A DNA stretch of 64,000 nt from Vicinamibacteria bacterium (GTDB lineage Bacteria > Acidobacteriota > Vicinamibacteria > Marinacidobacterales > Marinacidobacteraceae). Numbering within the stretch: the first letter of the stretch is position 1; each line of letters begins with the position of its first letter. A program made the translations under genes and the position numbers. Positions 53,402-63,967 of this stretch are shown here, in pieces. The stretch spans positions 224,001-288,000 of the forward strand of contig OZ241322.1 of assembly GCA_965199715.1 (NCBI GenBank), given 5' to 3'. A model generated the notes under the pieces. The model worked only from the letters and a program-made list of their open reading frames with translations. It did no database searches and was not told the origin of the DNA.

Positions 53402-54523
53402 GTGAGCCTTCTCGCGGCGGCGCTCTCGCTGCTCGCCGTCCAGCCCTCCGCCGCGCCGGAAGGACTGCTGGGGTCGGAGCCCGGGGAGATCTTCGTGCTG
53501 ACGATGGGGCCGGACCACATGGTGCTGTTCCGGGAGTGGGGGCACGCGGCGCTGTGCGTGGACCGCATCTGCTTCAACTACGGGGTGACCGACTTCAGCC
53601 GCCCGGTCGGCCTCGCGACCGAGGTGCTGCGGGGCGAGGCGCGGTTCTGGCTCGGCCTCACGACCTACGAGCAGACGCTCGCGACGTACTTCGGCCACGA
53701 CCGCAGCGTCTTCCGCCAGGACCTCGACCTCCCGCTCGAGGCGCGGGAGGAGCTTCTCGGGATGCTCGCCGCCGACCTCGTGCCCGGGCAGTCGGAGTAC
53801 GTGTACAACCACTTCACCGAGAACTGCACGACGAGGGTCCGGGACTACGTGGACGCGGTCACGGACGGAGCGCTGTCCCGGGTCGCCGACATGCCGGAGG
53901 TCTTTCTGGACGGCTCCGGGGAGCTCGGGTTCCGCGCCCAGATCCGGCGCGGACTGGTGACGAGGCCGCTGCTGCTGTGGCTTTCGGAAGTCGGGGTCGG
54001 GGGCGCCGCGGACGGTCCGATCACGCCCTACGACGCGATGTTCGTTCCCGAGGGCCTCCGGCACGGGATCAGCCGCGGGCTGGGGTCGGAGCCGGTCCAG
54101 CTCCGTCGCGGGCGGGACGGGGACGTCCTCGCCGCCGATCCGGGGAGCCGCCCGTACCTCCCGTGGCTCTTCGCGACGGCGGCGCTCCTCGGCGCCGGAC
54201 TGCTGGTTCCCCGCTTCGCCCGGCCGGCCCGCTTCGCCACGGCGGGCGTCCTCGGCCTCGTCGGGGTCGCGGCGACGCTCGCCGCCGTCCTGAGCCCGCT
54301 CCCCGAGTTCCGCAGCAGCCTCGCCGCGCTCGTGGTCCCGCCGACCGACCTGCTGCTGGCCGCGCCCTTCGCGGCTCGCTACGCCCGCTTCCGGCTCGCC
54401 TTCGGCGCGGTCGCGATCCTCGCGCTCGTCGTCCTCGGAGCGGCGCAGCCGATCGCGTGGACCGGGCTCGCGGCGCTCGTCCCCATCGCCGCGATGGTCG
54501 TCTCCGAGCGGCGCCGTCCGTGA
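53402..54523 (+). CDS. DUF4105/Lnb-like periplasmic domain plus TM helices
   Basis: WGHAAL, FNYGVTDF, YVYNHFTENCTTRVRD; C-terminal TM segments. Confidence 0.78.
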   Translation: MSLLAAALSLLAVQPSAAPEGLLGSEPGEIFVLTMGPDHMVLFREWGHAALCVDRICFNYGVTDFSRPVGLATEVLRGEARFWLGLTTYEQTLATYFGHDRSVFRQDLDLPLEAREELLGMLAADLVPGQSEYVYNHFTENCTTRVRDYVDAVTDGALSRVADMPEVFLDGSGELGFRAQIRRGLVTRPLLLWLSEVGVGGAADGPITPYDAMFVPEGLRHGISRGLGSEPVQLRRGRDGDVLAADPGSRPYLPWLFATAALLGAGLLVPRFARPARFATAGVLGLVGVAATLAAVLSPLPEFRSSLAALVVPPTDLLLAAPFAARYARFRLAFGAVAILALVVLGAAQPIAWTGLAALVPIAAMVVSERRRP

Positions 54524-55836
54524 CGGATTCCATCGAGCAGGCGCTGCTGCGGCGGAACATGCCGGCCGCCTTCCGGGCGTGCTTCGCCCGGTCGGCGGCG
54601 GCGGTGCGGCGGGGGCCCGGCTTCATCCCCGAGGACGAGATCGAGCCGGTCCTCGGGATTCCGAGGGCCGAGGAGCCCGCCGAACCGGCGAGCGCCGCCG
54701 ATGGCGCCCGCACGGTCGCGATCACGCTGAACGGCGGGCTCGGCACCACGATGGGGATGCAGGCTCCCAAGGCGCTGCTGTACGCCTCCGCCGGGCTCAC
54801 CTTCCTCGAGATCGCGCTGCGGCAGGCCCAGGGCGCCGGCATGCGCCCGCTGCTGATGAACAGCTTCGCGACCGACCGGGCGGTGCGCCGCGCGCTCGGG
54901 CGACGACGGGTCGCGAGCTTCCTCCAGCACGTCGCGCCGAAGCTGCGCCGGACCGACTTCCTCCCCGTCGAGGTTCCGGATCGGCCCGAACTGGAATGGT
55001 GTCCGCCGGGGCACGGGGACGCGTACACCGCGCTCGGGGCGAGCGGCTGGCTCCGCCGCCTGCTGGACGAGGGCTTCCGGTACGCCTTCCTCTCCAACGT
55101 GGACAACGCCGGGGGCAGTCCCGACCCGGCGATGCTCGGGCGCTTCCTTCGCTCCGGGGCGCCGTTCCTGATGGAGGTCGCGCGCCGGCGGCCGGACGAC
55201 TGGAAGGGCGGGCACCTGGCGCGCCGCCGCGCCGACGGTCGGCTCATCCTGCGGGAGACCGCCCAGTGCCGCGCCGAGGACGACGAATTCGCCCGGGACC
55301 ACGGGCGCTACCGATACTTCAACACGAACAACCTCTGGCTTCGCCTCGAGGCGCTGCGGGACGCGCTCGACGCCAGCGGCGGGTTCCTCCCGCTCCCGAC
55401 GATCGTGAATCCGAAGACCGCCGATCCCCGGGATCCGGAGTCGGAGCCGGTGTACCAGTTGGAACAGGCGGCCGGCACGGCGATCGAGGCGTTCGACGGC
55501 GCGGTCGCGCTGGAGACCCCGCGGCGCCGCTTCGCTCCGGTCAAGACGGTCGAGAACCTGCTGGCGCTGCGGTCGGACGTGTACGGGATCGGCCCGAACG
55601 GCGCGCTCGAACCCCGCCGGGACCCGCCGACCGTGGAACTGAGCGGCTGCCGTTTCGTCAGCGACCTCGAGGCGCGCTTTCCCCACGGGCCGCCTTCGCT
55701 CGTCGCGTGCGACCGGCTCACGGTGCAAGGCGAGGTCCGCTTCGGGAAGGACGTCGTGTGCGAGGGCGAAGTGCGGGTGGTCGGCGACGGGGAGATTCCG
55801 GACGGCGCCCGGCTGCGCGGCCTCGTCCGGGTCTGA
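54520..55836 (+). CDS. eukaryote-type UTP-glucose-1-phosphate uridylyltransferase (UDPGP family)
   Basis: LNGGLGTTMG, LMNSFAT, WCPPGHGD, SNVDN, KGGHL, FNTNNLW, RFAPVKT. Confidence 0.9.
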   Translation: MTDSIEQALLRRNMPAAFRACFARSAAAVRRGPGFIPEDEIEPVLGIPRAEEPAEPASAADGARTVAITLNGGLGTTMGMQAPKALLYASAGLTFLEIALRQAQGAGMRPLLMNSFATDRAVRRALGRRRVASFLQHVAPKLRRTDFLPVEVPDRPELEWCPPGHGDAYTALGASGWLRRLLDEGFRYAFLSNVDNAGGSPDPAMLGRFLRSGAPFLMEVARRRPDDWKGGHLARRRADGRLILRETAQCRAEDDEFARDHGRYRYFNTNNLWLRLEALRDALDASGGFLPLPTIVNPKTADPRDPESEPVYQLEQAAGTAIEAFDGAVALETPRRRFAPVKTVENLLALRSDVYGIGPNGALEPRRDPPTVELSGCRFVSDLEARFPHGPPSLVACDRLTVQGEVRFGKDVVCEGEVRVVGDGEIPDGARLRGLVRV

Positions 55837-55852
55837 TTAGAATTCGTCCGCG

Positions 55853-56518
55853 ATGCGCCGGGAACACCGCCACGAACTCCAGAGCGACGAGCTCATCTCC
55901 GGGCTCGGCGCGGTGATCCACTGGGGCCGGACGAACGCCCGCGCCGTCGGCTGGGGCGCCGTGGCCGTCGTGGGCCTGGCGGCGCTCGTCGGCGGTCTCC
56001 TGACCATGCGGGCGAACCGGAAGGACGCGCTGCGGACCGAGTTGACCGCACTGGTCGGGAACGTCGAGTCCGAGGCCGGCGTCTGCGTCGAGGCGCTCCC
56101 GAGGCTGCTCGAGATCGGCGAGAGCGAGGGGAGTTCGGTCGAGGGTCGCACCGCGTCCTACTTCGCCGGGGTCTGCCGCAAGGAAGCGGGCGACTGGGCC
56201 GGCGCGGCGCAGAGCTTCGACCGCGCGCGGGGCCGCCCGGACCTGCTCTCGGCGCTCGCCACCTACGGATTCGCTCAGGCGCGGCGCGGCGAGGGCGCCG
56301 TCGAGGACGCCGCCGACGCGCTGCGCAGCCTCCTCGGCGGCGACGACGGCTTCCCGGTGGACGCCGCGCTCTACGAGCTGGCGACGCTCGAGGAGGAGCG
56401 GGGCGCGTCCGACGAGGCGCTGCGCCTTTACGAGCGGCTCGAGAGCGAGCACGCGGACTCCCGCTACCGGCCGCTCGCCGAATCGCGCGTCGCGCGGTTG
56501 GCCGAGCCGGCCCGCTAG
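55853..56518 (+). CDS. YfgM-like single-TM TPR protein
   Basis: MRREHRHELQSDEL, one TM segment, TPR-like C-terminus. Confidence 0.75.
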   Translation: MRREHRHELQSDELISGLGAVIHWGRTNARAVGWGAVAVVGLAALVGGLLTMRANRKDALRTELTALVGNVESEAGVCVEALPRLLEIGESEGSSVEGRTASYFAGVCRKEAGDWAGAAQSFDRARGRPDLLSALATYGFAQARRGEGAVEDAADALRSLLGGDDGFPVDAALYELATLEEERGASDEALRLYERLESEHADSRYRPLAESRVARLAEPAR

Positions 56519-56519
56519 C

Positions 56520-58241
56520 TTGCCCGAGCCCGGGTTTCCCCCGGCGACCGGGGTTCGGCCGCCGCCGGCGCGACGAAGCGGCTGCCTGACGCTGATTCTG
56601 GTCGCGGCCATCGCCGTGGCCGGAGTCCTCCTCGCCGCCGGAGCCTTCCTCGGCTCATTGGGCCGGGCGGGCGTCTCGGGGGAGACCGTCCTCGTCCTCG
56701 ATCTGGGCGAGGATCTTCCCGAGACGCGGGCGTGGTCGGCGGGCTGGCTCGGCCCCGAACCGCCCGATTTCCACGCCGCGGTCGAGGCGCTCGACGCGGC
56801 GGCCCTGGACGACCGCGTCCGGGGCCTGTTGATGCGGGGGAGCGGAACGCCGCTCGGCTGGGCGCGCGTCGTCGAGCTGCATGCGGCCGTGGCCCGCTTC
56901 GGGGAGAGCGGCAAGCCCGTCGTCGCCTTCCTCGAGTCGCCGGGGATCCGGGACTACGCGCTGGCCTCGGCGGCGGACCGCGTCATCGCCCACCCGCGGG
57001 CCCGGCTGATGCTCGTCGGGGCGCCGCTCGGGGTCACGCTGTACGGCGAGCTACTGGAGAAGATGGGGATCGGCGCCCAGTTCGAGGCGATCGGCGCGTT
57101 CAAGAACAGCCCCGACGCCTTCACCCGGTCCGAGATGACCGAAGCGCACCGGGAGCAGCTCGGGGCGCTTTCGGCGGACGTGTTCGAGCACGTCTCCGGC
57201 CACGTGGCCGAGGCCCGGGGCGTCGCGACGGAGCGCGCCCGGGCGTTCCTCGGCGGCGGCCCGCACCTCGCCGACGCGGCGCGAGAGGCCGGCTTCGTGG
57301 ACGTGGTCGCGTACGCCGACGAGGCGGAGGCCGCATGGGGCGGCGCGTCCAGCTTCGCGGCGCTCGGGGACTACGCGCCGGGCCGTCCGGGAGGCCGTCG
57401 GCGGATCGCCGTGGTCCACGTCCACGGCGCGATCCTCCCGGGCGAGAGCGGCAGCGACCTCGCCGCCGGGCGGGTCGCCGGAGCGGCCACCGTGCGCGCC
57501 GCGCTGGAACAGGCGCGGGAGATGGACTCGGTGGCGGCGGTGGTCCTGCGGATCGACAGTCCGGGCGGCGCGGACACCGCGTCCGACACCATCTGGCGGG
57601 CCGCGGAGCGGGTCCGGGAGCGGAAGCCGGTCGTGGCCTCGTTCGGCGACGTGGCGGCTTCCGGCGGCTACTGGGCGGCGACCGCGGCGCGGCGCATCGT
57701 CGCGAGCCCGTTGAGCGTCACCGGCTCCATCGGCGTGTACGCCGGGAAGTTCCACGTCGGCGAGCTGCTCGACAAGGTGGGCGTCACCCTCGAGACGGTG
57801 TTCCCCGACGGGGCCCCCTCCAACAACTGGGCGAATCCGGCCGCGCCGCTGGCCCCCGCCGAGCGAGAGCGCCTCCGAGAGGGGATCGAGGACACGTACG
57901 CGGTCTTCCTCGAGCGGGTCGGCGCCGCGCGAGGCATGAGCGCCGAGCAGGTGGACGCGGTGGGCCAGGGCCGGGTGTGGTCGGGTCGGCGGGCGCTCGG
58001 GCTCGGGCTCGTGGACGAGCTCGGCGGCCTCGACGCCGCGATCCTCCACGCGAGGCGCGAGGCCGGGATTCCCGACGGCGAGGAGGTCGGGATCGTGCGG
58101 CTGCCGGAGCCGCCGGCGTTCGCGGACGCGCTCCTCGCCGAGCTGGGGATCGCGGGGTTGAGGGAACGGAGCCCGCTGCTGCGGGCGATGCTGCGGGGCG
58201 GGTGGTTCGCGCTGCTGCCGTTCGTGCCCGACCCCGCCTGA
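56520..58241 (+). CDS. sppA: signal peptide peptidase SppA, 67K type
   Basis: Two S49 domains; LRIDSPGG, VAASGGYW, TGSIGV, QGRVWSG, GLVDELGG. Confidence 0.9.
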   Translation: MPEPGFPPATGVRPPPARRSGCLTLILVAAIAVAGVLLAAGAFLGSLGRAGVSGETVLVLDLGEDLPETRAWSAGWLGPEPPDFHAAVEALDAAALDDRVRGLLMRGSGTPLGWARVVELHAAVARFGESGKPVVAFLESPGIRDYALASAADRVIAHPRARLMLVGAPLGVTLYGELLEKMGIGAQFEAIGAFKNSPDAFTRSEMTEAHREQLGALSADVFEHVSGHVAEARGVATERARAFLGGGPHLADAAREAGFVDVVAYADEAEAAWGGASSFAALGDYAPGRPGGRRRIAVVHVHGAILPGESGSDLAAGRVAGAATVRAALEQAREMDSVAAVVLRIDSPGGADTASDTIWRAAERVRERKPVVASFGDVAASGGYWAATAARRIVASPLSVTGSIGVYAGKFHVGELLDKVGVTLETVFPDGAPSNNWANPAAPLAPAERERLREGIEDTYAVFLERVGAARGMSAEQVDAVGQGRVWSGRRALGLGLVDELGGLDAAILHARREAGIPDGEEVGIVRLPEPPAFADALLAELGIAGLRERSPLLRAMLRGGWFALLPFVPDPA

Positions 58242-58242
58242 G

Positions 58243-59859
58243 TCAGCCGTCCTTCGGGCCGAAGGCGGCCGCCTTCCGCCGCAGCGCGGCCGCGTCCGTC
58301 GCCACGTCGGGCGGCGCCTCCCGTTCGGGCGTGGCCTCGAGCTTGAGGCTCCGGGCGGGCACGGCGAGTCGGACGTCGAGCGCGCGGGCGAGGCGCAGCA
58401 CCTCGAGGATGAACTTGTGGCGCTCGGTGAGCTCCTCGTGCCAGTCATCGACCCGGAAGAAGCAGTACACCAGGACGTCCACCGACGACTCGGAGAAGCG
58501 GTTGACGTGGACCTCGTAGTAGTCGTGGCGCATCCGCGGGTTCGCCAGCACGACGTTGCGGACCCCTTCCACGAAGGCCGCGATGCGGTCGGGGTCCGCG
58601 TCGTGGCGCAGCGGGATCATCTGCTTCATCCGCCGGTATTCGCGCTGGCCCATGTTGTCCACGACCGCGTTGGCGACGGTTCGGTTGGGAACCGAGATGA
58701 CCGAGTCGTAAAAGGTGCGGATCCGCGTGGCGCGCAACCCGACGCGCTCCACCGTGCCCTCGGTGCCGTCCACGAGCACCCAGTCCCCCACCTGGAACGG
58801 CTGGTCCACGATGACCGCCATCCAGCCGAGCACGTTGGCGAGCGTGTCCTGCGCTGCGAGCGCCACGGCGAGCCCGCCGAGGCCGAGCCCGGCGACGAGC
58901 GTCGTGATCGAGTAGCCGTAGCTCTCGGCGAGGATCAGGACCGAGACGAGGACGGCCGCGATCCGCAGCACCGACCGCGCCGGCGCCACGAGCTGGTCGT
59001 CGAACGTGTTTTCGGTGCGCTCGGCGATCCGCGCCAGAAGCCGGCTGACGACTTCCACGGCCCGCAGCGCCGCCCAGACTCCGATCAGCGCGAGCGCGAG
59101 CGTCAGCAGGAAGACGAGCACGCGGCTGGCCCCGACCGGGAAGCGCAGGTCGGGGACGAAGTAGCGGGCGAACGCCACCCCCGCGAAGGTGGCGGTCGGC
59201 GCGGCCAACTGGAGGACGCCGTCGCCGAGCACCCGGGAGCGGACGGAGACCAGCGGCGCGACCGCCCGGCGCAGCAGGAGCGAGAGGAGCCATCGCAGCA
59301 GCCATCCGGCGGCGACGAGGACGACGAACCCGAGCACGGCCCACAGCGTGAAGCCGAAGTGCGAGCGCTCGAAGACCGGAGGCAGGATCTCGAGCAGCCG
59401 CCGGGCGAACCACGAGAACGTGGCGTCGTAGAGCGCGTCCGCGCCGAGCACGGTCGAGGGAGCGATCCGCCAGGCGCCGGAGGCGTCGCGGTCGAGGGCG
59501 AACTCGGGCAGGCGGACGGGGAACGGGCGGAAGCGATTCCGGTCGCTCTCCGGATCGCGGTACTCGGGGTCCGCCGGGACCGCGCTCATGACCACGAGGA
59601 GTCCCCGCGCGTCGAGCACCGACTTCAGCCGGGAGCCGACGCGCTCGGCCTCGCCCGGTTCCACGCCCGACGGGAGCGCGAGCGCGCGTCCGACCCGCTC
59701 CCAGTCGGGCGCCGGGCGAAGCTGCTCGCCGAGGAAGACGTCGAGGACCGCCCGCGGGTGGCGGAGGTCGTCGGGGACCGTCTGCGCGGGGGCGAGCGCG
59801 GGGAGCAGCGCGAGCCAGAGGCGCGCGGCGGCTCGGAGATTCACTCGGGGAAGGCTCAT
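58243..59859 (-). CDS. MscS-family mechanosensitive channel with periplasmic N-domain
   Basis: GLGLGGLAVALAAQDTLAN, PFQVGDW, GTVERVGLRATRIRT, VPN. Confidence 0.92.
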   Translation of the reverse strand: MSLPRVNLRAAARLWLALLPALAPAQTVPDDLRHPRAVLDVFLGEQLRPAPDWERVGRALALPSGVEPGEAERVGSRLKSVLDARGLLVVMSAVPADPEYRDPESDRNRFRPFPVRLPEFALDRDASGAWRIAPSTVLGADALYDATFSWFARRLLEILPPVFERSHFGFTLWAVLGFVVLVAAGWLLRWLLSLLLRRAVAPLVSVRSRVLGDGVLQLAAPTATFAGVAFARYFVPDLRFPVGASRVLVFLLTLALALIGVWAALRAVEVVSRLLARIAERTENTFDDQLVAPARSVLRIAAVLVSVLILAESYGYSITTLVAGLGLGGLAVALAAQDTLANVLGWMAVIVDQPFQVGDWVLVDGTEGTVERVGLRATRIRTFYDSVISVPNRTVANAVVDNMGQREYRRMKQMIPLRHDADPDRIAAFVEGVRNVVLANPRMRHDYYEVHVNRFSESSVDVLVYCFFRVDDWHEELTERHKFILEVLRLARALDVRLAVPARSLKLEATPEREAPPDVATDAAALRRKAAAFGPKDG

Positions 59860-59867
59860 GCGTTCCG

Positions 59868-59941
59868 TACGCCTGGCAGGACTCGAACCTGCGACCTACG
59901 GATTAGGAATCCGTCGCTCTATCCACCTGAGCTACAGGCGC
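59868..59941 (-). tRNA. tRNA-Arg(CCT)
   Basis: GCGCCTGTAGCTCAGGTGGATAGAGC-ACGGA TT CCT AA TCCGT-...GGTTCGAGTCC...CAGGCGTA; CCA not encoded. Confidence 0.95.
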
Positions 59942-59971
59942 AGGGCGGGACATGCGCGCGAATGGTACTCG

Positions 59972-60241
59972 TCAGTGCGCGATCCGGAAGCCGTCGGGCG
60001 GGGTCCGATCCCCGATCTCTCCGACCTCGACCCGATCCACCCGGCCGGGCATGTCCCTCCTGAGGACGCCCCGGAACCGAAGGATGTCGTCGGCGTCGCC
60101 GAAGGCGAGCACTTCCACGGTTCCGTCGGGGAGATTCCGCGCCCGGCCGCGCAGGCCCAGCGCCCGCGCCGCCCGGACGGCGGCGTAGCGGAAGCCCACG
60201 CCCTGGACGTGGCCGCGGACGACGATCCGGGCCCCCGCCAC
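59972..60241 (-). CDS. acylphosphatase
   Basis: VRGHVQGVGFR, ARNLPDGTVEV. Confidence 0.93.
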   Translation of the reverse strand: MAGARIVVRGHVQGVGFRYAAVRAARALGLRGRARNLPDGTVEVLAFGDADDILRFRGVLRRDMPGRVDRVEVGEIGDRTPPDGFRIAH

Positions 60242-60244
60242 GGC

Positions 60245-61402
60245 TCAGGCGAGCGCCCGCTCCAGATCGGCGAGCAGGTCGTCTTCGTCCTCGACGCCCA
60301 CCGACAGCCGCACCAGCCCGTCGCCGATGCCGAGCCGGGCGCGGGTTTCCGCCGGAATCGAGGCGTGCGTCATGGCCGCCGGATGGTTCACGAGGCTCTC
60401 GACGCCGCCGAGGCTCTCCGCGATGTGGAAGATGCGCAGCCGCCTCATGACCTCGCTGGCGCGGTCGAAGGTCCCGACGTCGAAGGAGACCATGCCGCCG
60501 AACCCCGACATCTGGCGCTTCGCCAGCTCGTGTCCGGGATGGTGCGCGAGCCCCGGATAGAAGACGCGCTCGACTCCCGGACGCCCGTCAAGGAAGGCCG
60601 CGACCGCGCGGCCGTTCGCGTCGTGCTGGCGCATCCGCAGCGCGAGCGTCTTGGCGCTCCGGAGCAGCAACCACGACTCGAACGGCGACAGGATCGCGCC
60701 GGCGGCGTTCTGGAGCCAGCGCAGCCGCTCCAGATGCTCGTCGCCCCTGGGAATGAGGACACCGCCCACGCCGTCGCTGTGTCCGTTCAGGAACTTGGTC
60801 GCGGAGTGGACGACGAAATCCGCGCCGAGCTCCAGCGGACGCTGGAAGTACGGCGACATGAAGGTGTTGTCCACGGCGACGAGCGCGCCGCGCTCATGAG
60901 CCGCGGCGGTCAGGGCGGCCAGGTCGGCGACCCGCAGCAGCGGGTTGCTCGGGGTCTCGAGGAAGAGCATCGCGGCGCCGTCGAGGGCGCGGACGGTCGC
61001 CCCGGCGTCGCTCGTGTCGAGGAAGGTGAACTCGACGCCGCGGCGGCGGATCACCTGATCGAAGACCCGCCACGTGCCTCCGTAGGCGTCGGCGGTGGCC
61101 ACGACTCGCGATCCCGGAGCCGCGAACTCCATGAGCAGGACGATGGCCGCCATCCCCGACGCGCAGGCCACGGCGCCGGCCCCGCCCTCCAGCCCGGCGA
61201 GGTTCGCCTCCGCTGCGTCGCGCGTGGGGTTGCCGGTCCGCGAGTACTCCCACGGGCCCGGCTGACCGGGCGCCGGCTGCACGAAGGTCGTCGCCTGCAC
61301 GAGCGGAACCACCACCGCCCCGGTGCCGGGGTCGGGGTGCTGGCCCACGTGGACGGCGCGGGTCGAGAAGCCGCGGGAGTCGGGTTTCGAGGGTTCGCTC
61401 AC
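60245..61402 (-). CDS. cystathionine gamma-lyase/synthase (Cys/Met metabolism PLP enzyme)
   Basis: YSRTGNPTR, ETPSNP, VDNTF, HSATKFLNGHSD, AESLGGVESL. Confidence 0.93.
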   Translation of the reverse strand: MSEPSKPDSRGFSTRAVHVGQHPDPGTGAVVVPLVQATTFVQPAPGQPGPWEYSRTGNPTRDAAEANLAGLEGGAGAVACASGMAAIVLLMEFAAPGSRVVATADAYGGTWRVFDQVIRRRGVEFTFLDTSDAGATVRALDGAAMLFLETPSNPLLRVADLAALTAAAHERGALVAVDNTFMSPYFQRPLELGADFVVHSATKFLNGHSDGVGGVLIPRGDEHLERLRWLQNAAGAILSPFESWLLLRSAKTLALRMRQHDANGRAVAAFLDGRPGVERVFYPGLAHHPGHELAKRQMSGFGGMVSFDVGTFDRASEVMRRLRIFHIAESLGGVESLVNHPAAMTHASIPAETRARLGIGDGLVRLSVGVEDEDDLLADLERALA

Positions 61403-61443
61403 CGGGGGATCGTACCGGCCCCCGGCGCCATACTTGAGCGCGG

Positions 61444-62927
61444 ATGAGCCTTCTCCTCGCGCTCGCGGTCTCGCTCCAGCCCGCGCCCGAGGCGATTCGG
61501 GCGATCTTCGCCGAGTGGGATCGGGACGACTCGCCCGGCTGCGCCGTGGGAGCGCTCCGGAACGGCGAATTCGCGTTCCGGGACGCCTTCGGCATGGCGA
61601 ACCTCGACGACGGGGTTTCGCTCACGCCGGAATCGGTCTTCCGGATGGCCTCGGTCTCGAAGCAGTTCACCGTCGCGGCCGTGCTGCTCGCCGAGCGCGA
61701 CGGCCTCCTGACGCTCGACAACCCGATCCGCCACCACTTCCCCGAACTGCCCGCGTGGGCGGATCCGGTGACGGTCCGTCACCTGATCCACCACACGAGC
61801 GGAATTCGGGACTACCTGACGGTCATGTGGCTGCGGGGGCAGGGGGACGACGCGCACTACTCCGACGCCGACGTGGCCGGCGCGCTCGGGCGGCTCGAGC
61901 GGCTCAACTTCGAGCCCGGCAGCGAGTACCTCTACAGCAACTCCGGCTACTGGCTGCTCGGGCAACTCCTGCCTCGGGTCTCCGGGAGCTCGCTGCGCCA
62001 GTTCGCCGGGGAGCGGCTCCTCGAGCCGCTCGGCATGACCGGGAGCCACTTCCACGACGACGTCCGGGAAGTGGTGCCCGGCCGCGCCCGGGGCTACCGA
62101 CCGCGGGACGGGGGCGGCTGGGAGCTCGACGAGACCACGCTCGGGATGGTCGGCGACGGCGGCCTGTACACGTCGGTCTCGGAGATGGCCCATTGGGAGC
62201 GGATGTTCCTCGACCCGGCGGCATTCGGTCCCGAGTTCCTCGAGTCGCTCCTGCGGCGCGGGGAGCTTTCCGACGGGCGGCTCCAGACCTACGCCGGAGG
62301 CCTCGTCCACGGGACGCATGGCGGACGGGCGGTCATCCAGCACGGCGGCGGGTTCGTGGGTTTCCGCACGTTCCTGCTGCGGTTTCCTGAGGACGCCTTC
62401 GCGGTGCACGTGCTGTGCAACGCCGCGAGCGCCGATCCGGGCGCGCTGGCGCGGGCGGTCGCCGACCGGTTCCTGCCGCCGCTCGAGGAAGCGGATCCGC
62501 CGGAGGTTTTCGAGATCGAGGGTGCGTGGTGGGACGGGACCACCGGCTCCTTCGTGACCGACGCCGCGGACTTCGAGGGCCGGGTCCTTCTCGACGAGCC
62601 GGACCGCGTGGTGGTCCGGCGCCGGGCCAGCGGGACTTCCGCTACCGTCGGGTGGAGAGCTTCGTCCCCGACGAGACGGCGCTCGCCGCATTCGTCGGAT
62701 CGTGGACCTGCGACGAGCTCGGCGTGACGTGGGAACTGCGCAACGACGACCGGCCGGGCCTGACGCTCGGGACCGGCGCGGGCGACCCGATTCCGCTGGA
62801 GCCGGCGTTCCGGGGCGGCGACTCGACCGTCTTCCACTGGCCGAGCGGCACGATCCGCTTCCCGGCCGGATCCGCCAGCTTCGAGCTCGCAGCCGGCCGG
62901 GCGCGCGCCTTCCGCTTCCGCCGTTAG
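61444..62927 (+). CDS. secreted serine hydrolase (beta-lactamase-like) with a frameshift near 62620
   Basis: ASVSK, YSNSGY, HGGG; C-terminal domain continues in frame 62415..62927 (AAFVGSWTCDELGVTWEL). Confidence 0.8.
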
Positions 62928-62952
62928 GCCCGCGCGACGCTGACGGCGCCTC

Positions 62953-63967
62953 CTACGTCGCGTAGTTGGGGAGGAGTTGCTTCACTACTCCATCGATGTC
63001 CCCGAGAGTCCCGCTTTGGTCCATTGTTCGCGGATCCGCCGGGAGGCGGCTACCTGATTCGCCGGAAGCGGCAGCGTCCTCGCGGTATCTTCGGCGCGCT
63101 TGGCGAATCTGGAGAGCTGCCGGTGGAGCGTGTTCGGCGGATCCCACGCTGGAATTGGAATCGCGTTCCAAGGGTTCTTGTGGGAAATCACGACCGCTTG
63201 TACGGCACTCCTCGAACGCAAGTTTCAGGCACGGGGCGTTCAGGATCGCGACCAGAAAACGCGCCTCGTCCCCGGACCCCACCGGGCGCGAATACGGTTT
63301 GGAGTCAAGAATCGCGACTCCGCACGCTGCGTGCCCGGCTCGCATCAAGTCTCCGGACGCCGGGTAGATCACGACGCGCCGCCGGCGAGGCTTCAGCGGA
63401 AGCTGTGCCGCGAGCGCTCGAACGTGGTTGGATTCGGCCCAGCAACGAAGGCGGCGTGTGGCTTCCCAAGCCAACCTGTTCCCTATAGAGCCGGTCGAGC
63501 TTCAGCCAGAGATCGTTCGCTTGGGCCTCGGCTTCGGCCAAGAGTTCACCTGCTCCATCCACGGGAACCATCGCCGTGTCGGCGTTCTTCGCGTCAACGA
63601 GAAACGGGAGAAGGTGTCGCGAAGTCAGGATCGGCGCAAGCCATTCGCGGGGGACTTCGCCGCAGCGAGGCTGCACGGACTTCCACGGCTTCCGAACGGA
63701 CGGCGTTGTGGTCACTCGTCTTGAAGAAGTCGTTGCACCCGGCTGGACGTCGGCGGCCTGCGTGAGGACCTTCGGGGTAATGGTTGCGCCCGGTCGTCAC
63801 TGCCGGGCCTCGTAATCGGACGGCGCCCACGGGAAATGCGGAGGGGCCGTCCAGTCGAACCGGCACAGGTTGTTCTTGACGTGATCCTCCGGGTCTTCTG
63901 GACGTCCCCTCAGTAGCCGCTCCGCAGCCCGGAGCATGTCGAGCGTGGGCTTGGGAACCTCTTTCAT
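62953..63967 (-). pseudogene. relic of a large type IIG-like RM / N-6 DNA methylase gene
   Basis: ATG 63967; short N-stub joined to WAPSDY..*RPGATITPKVL (in-frame TGA 63797), YPASGDLMRA, EARFLVAILNAP, SGRDF/HKNPW..IPIP across frameshifts; lower GC than the flank. Confidence 0.6.

Noticed and set aside
51353-54064. N-terminal extension making ETF-QO a 1436-aa protein
   Set aside because: Off-frame overlap of the aconitase-family gene; real start is ATG 51352 at an ATGA overlap.
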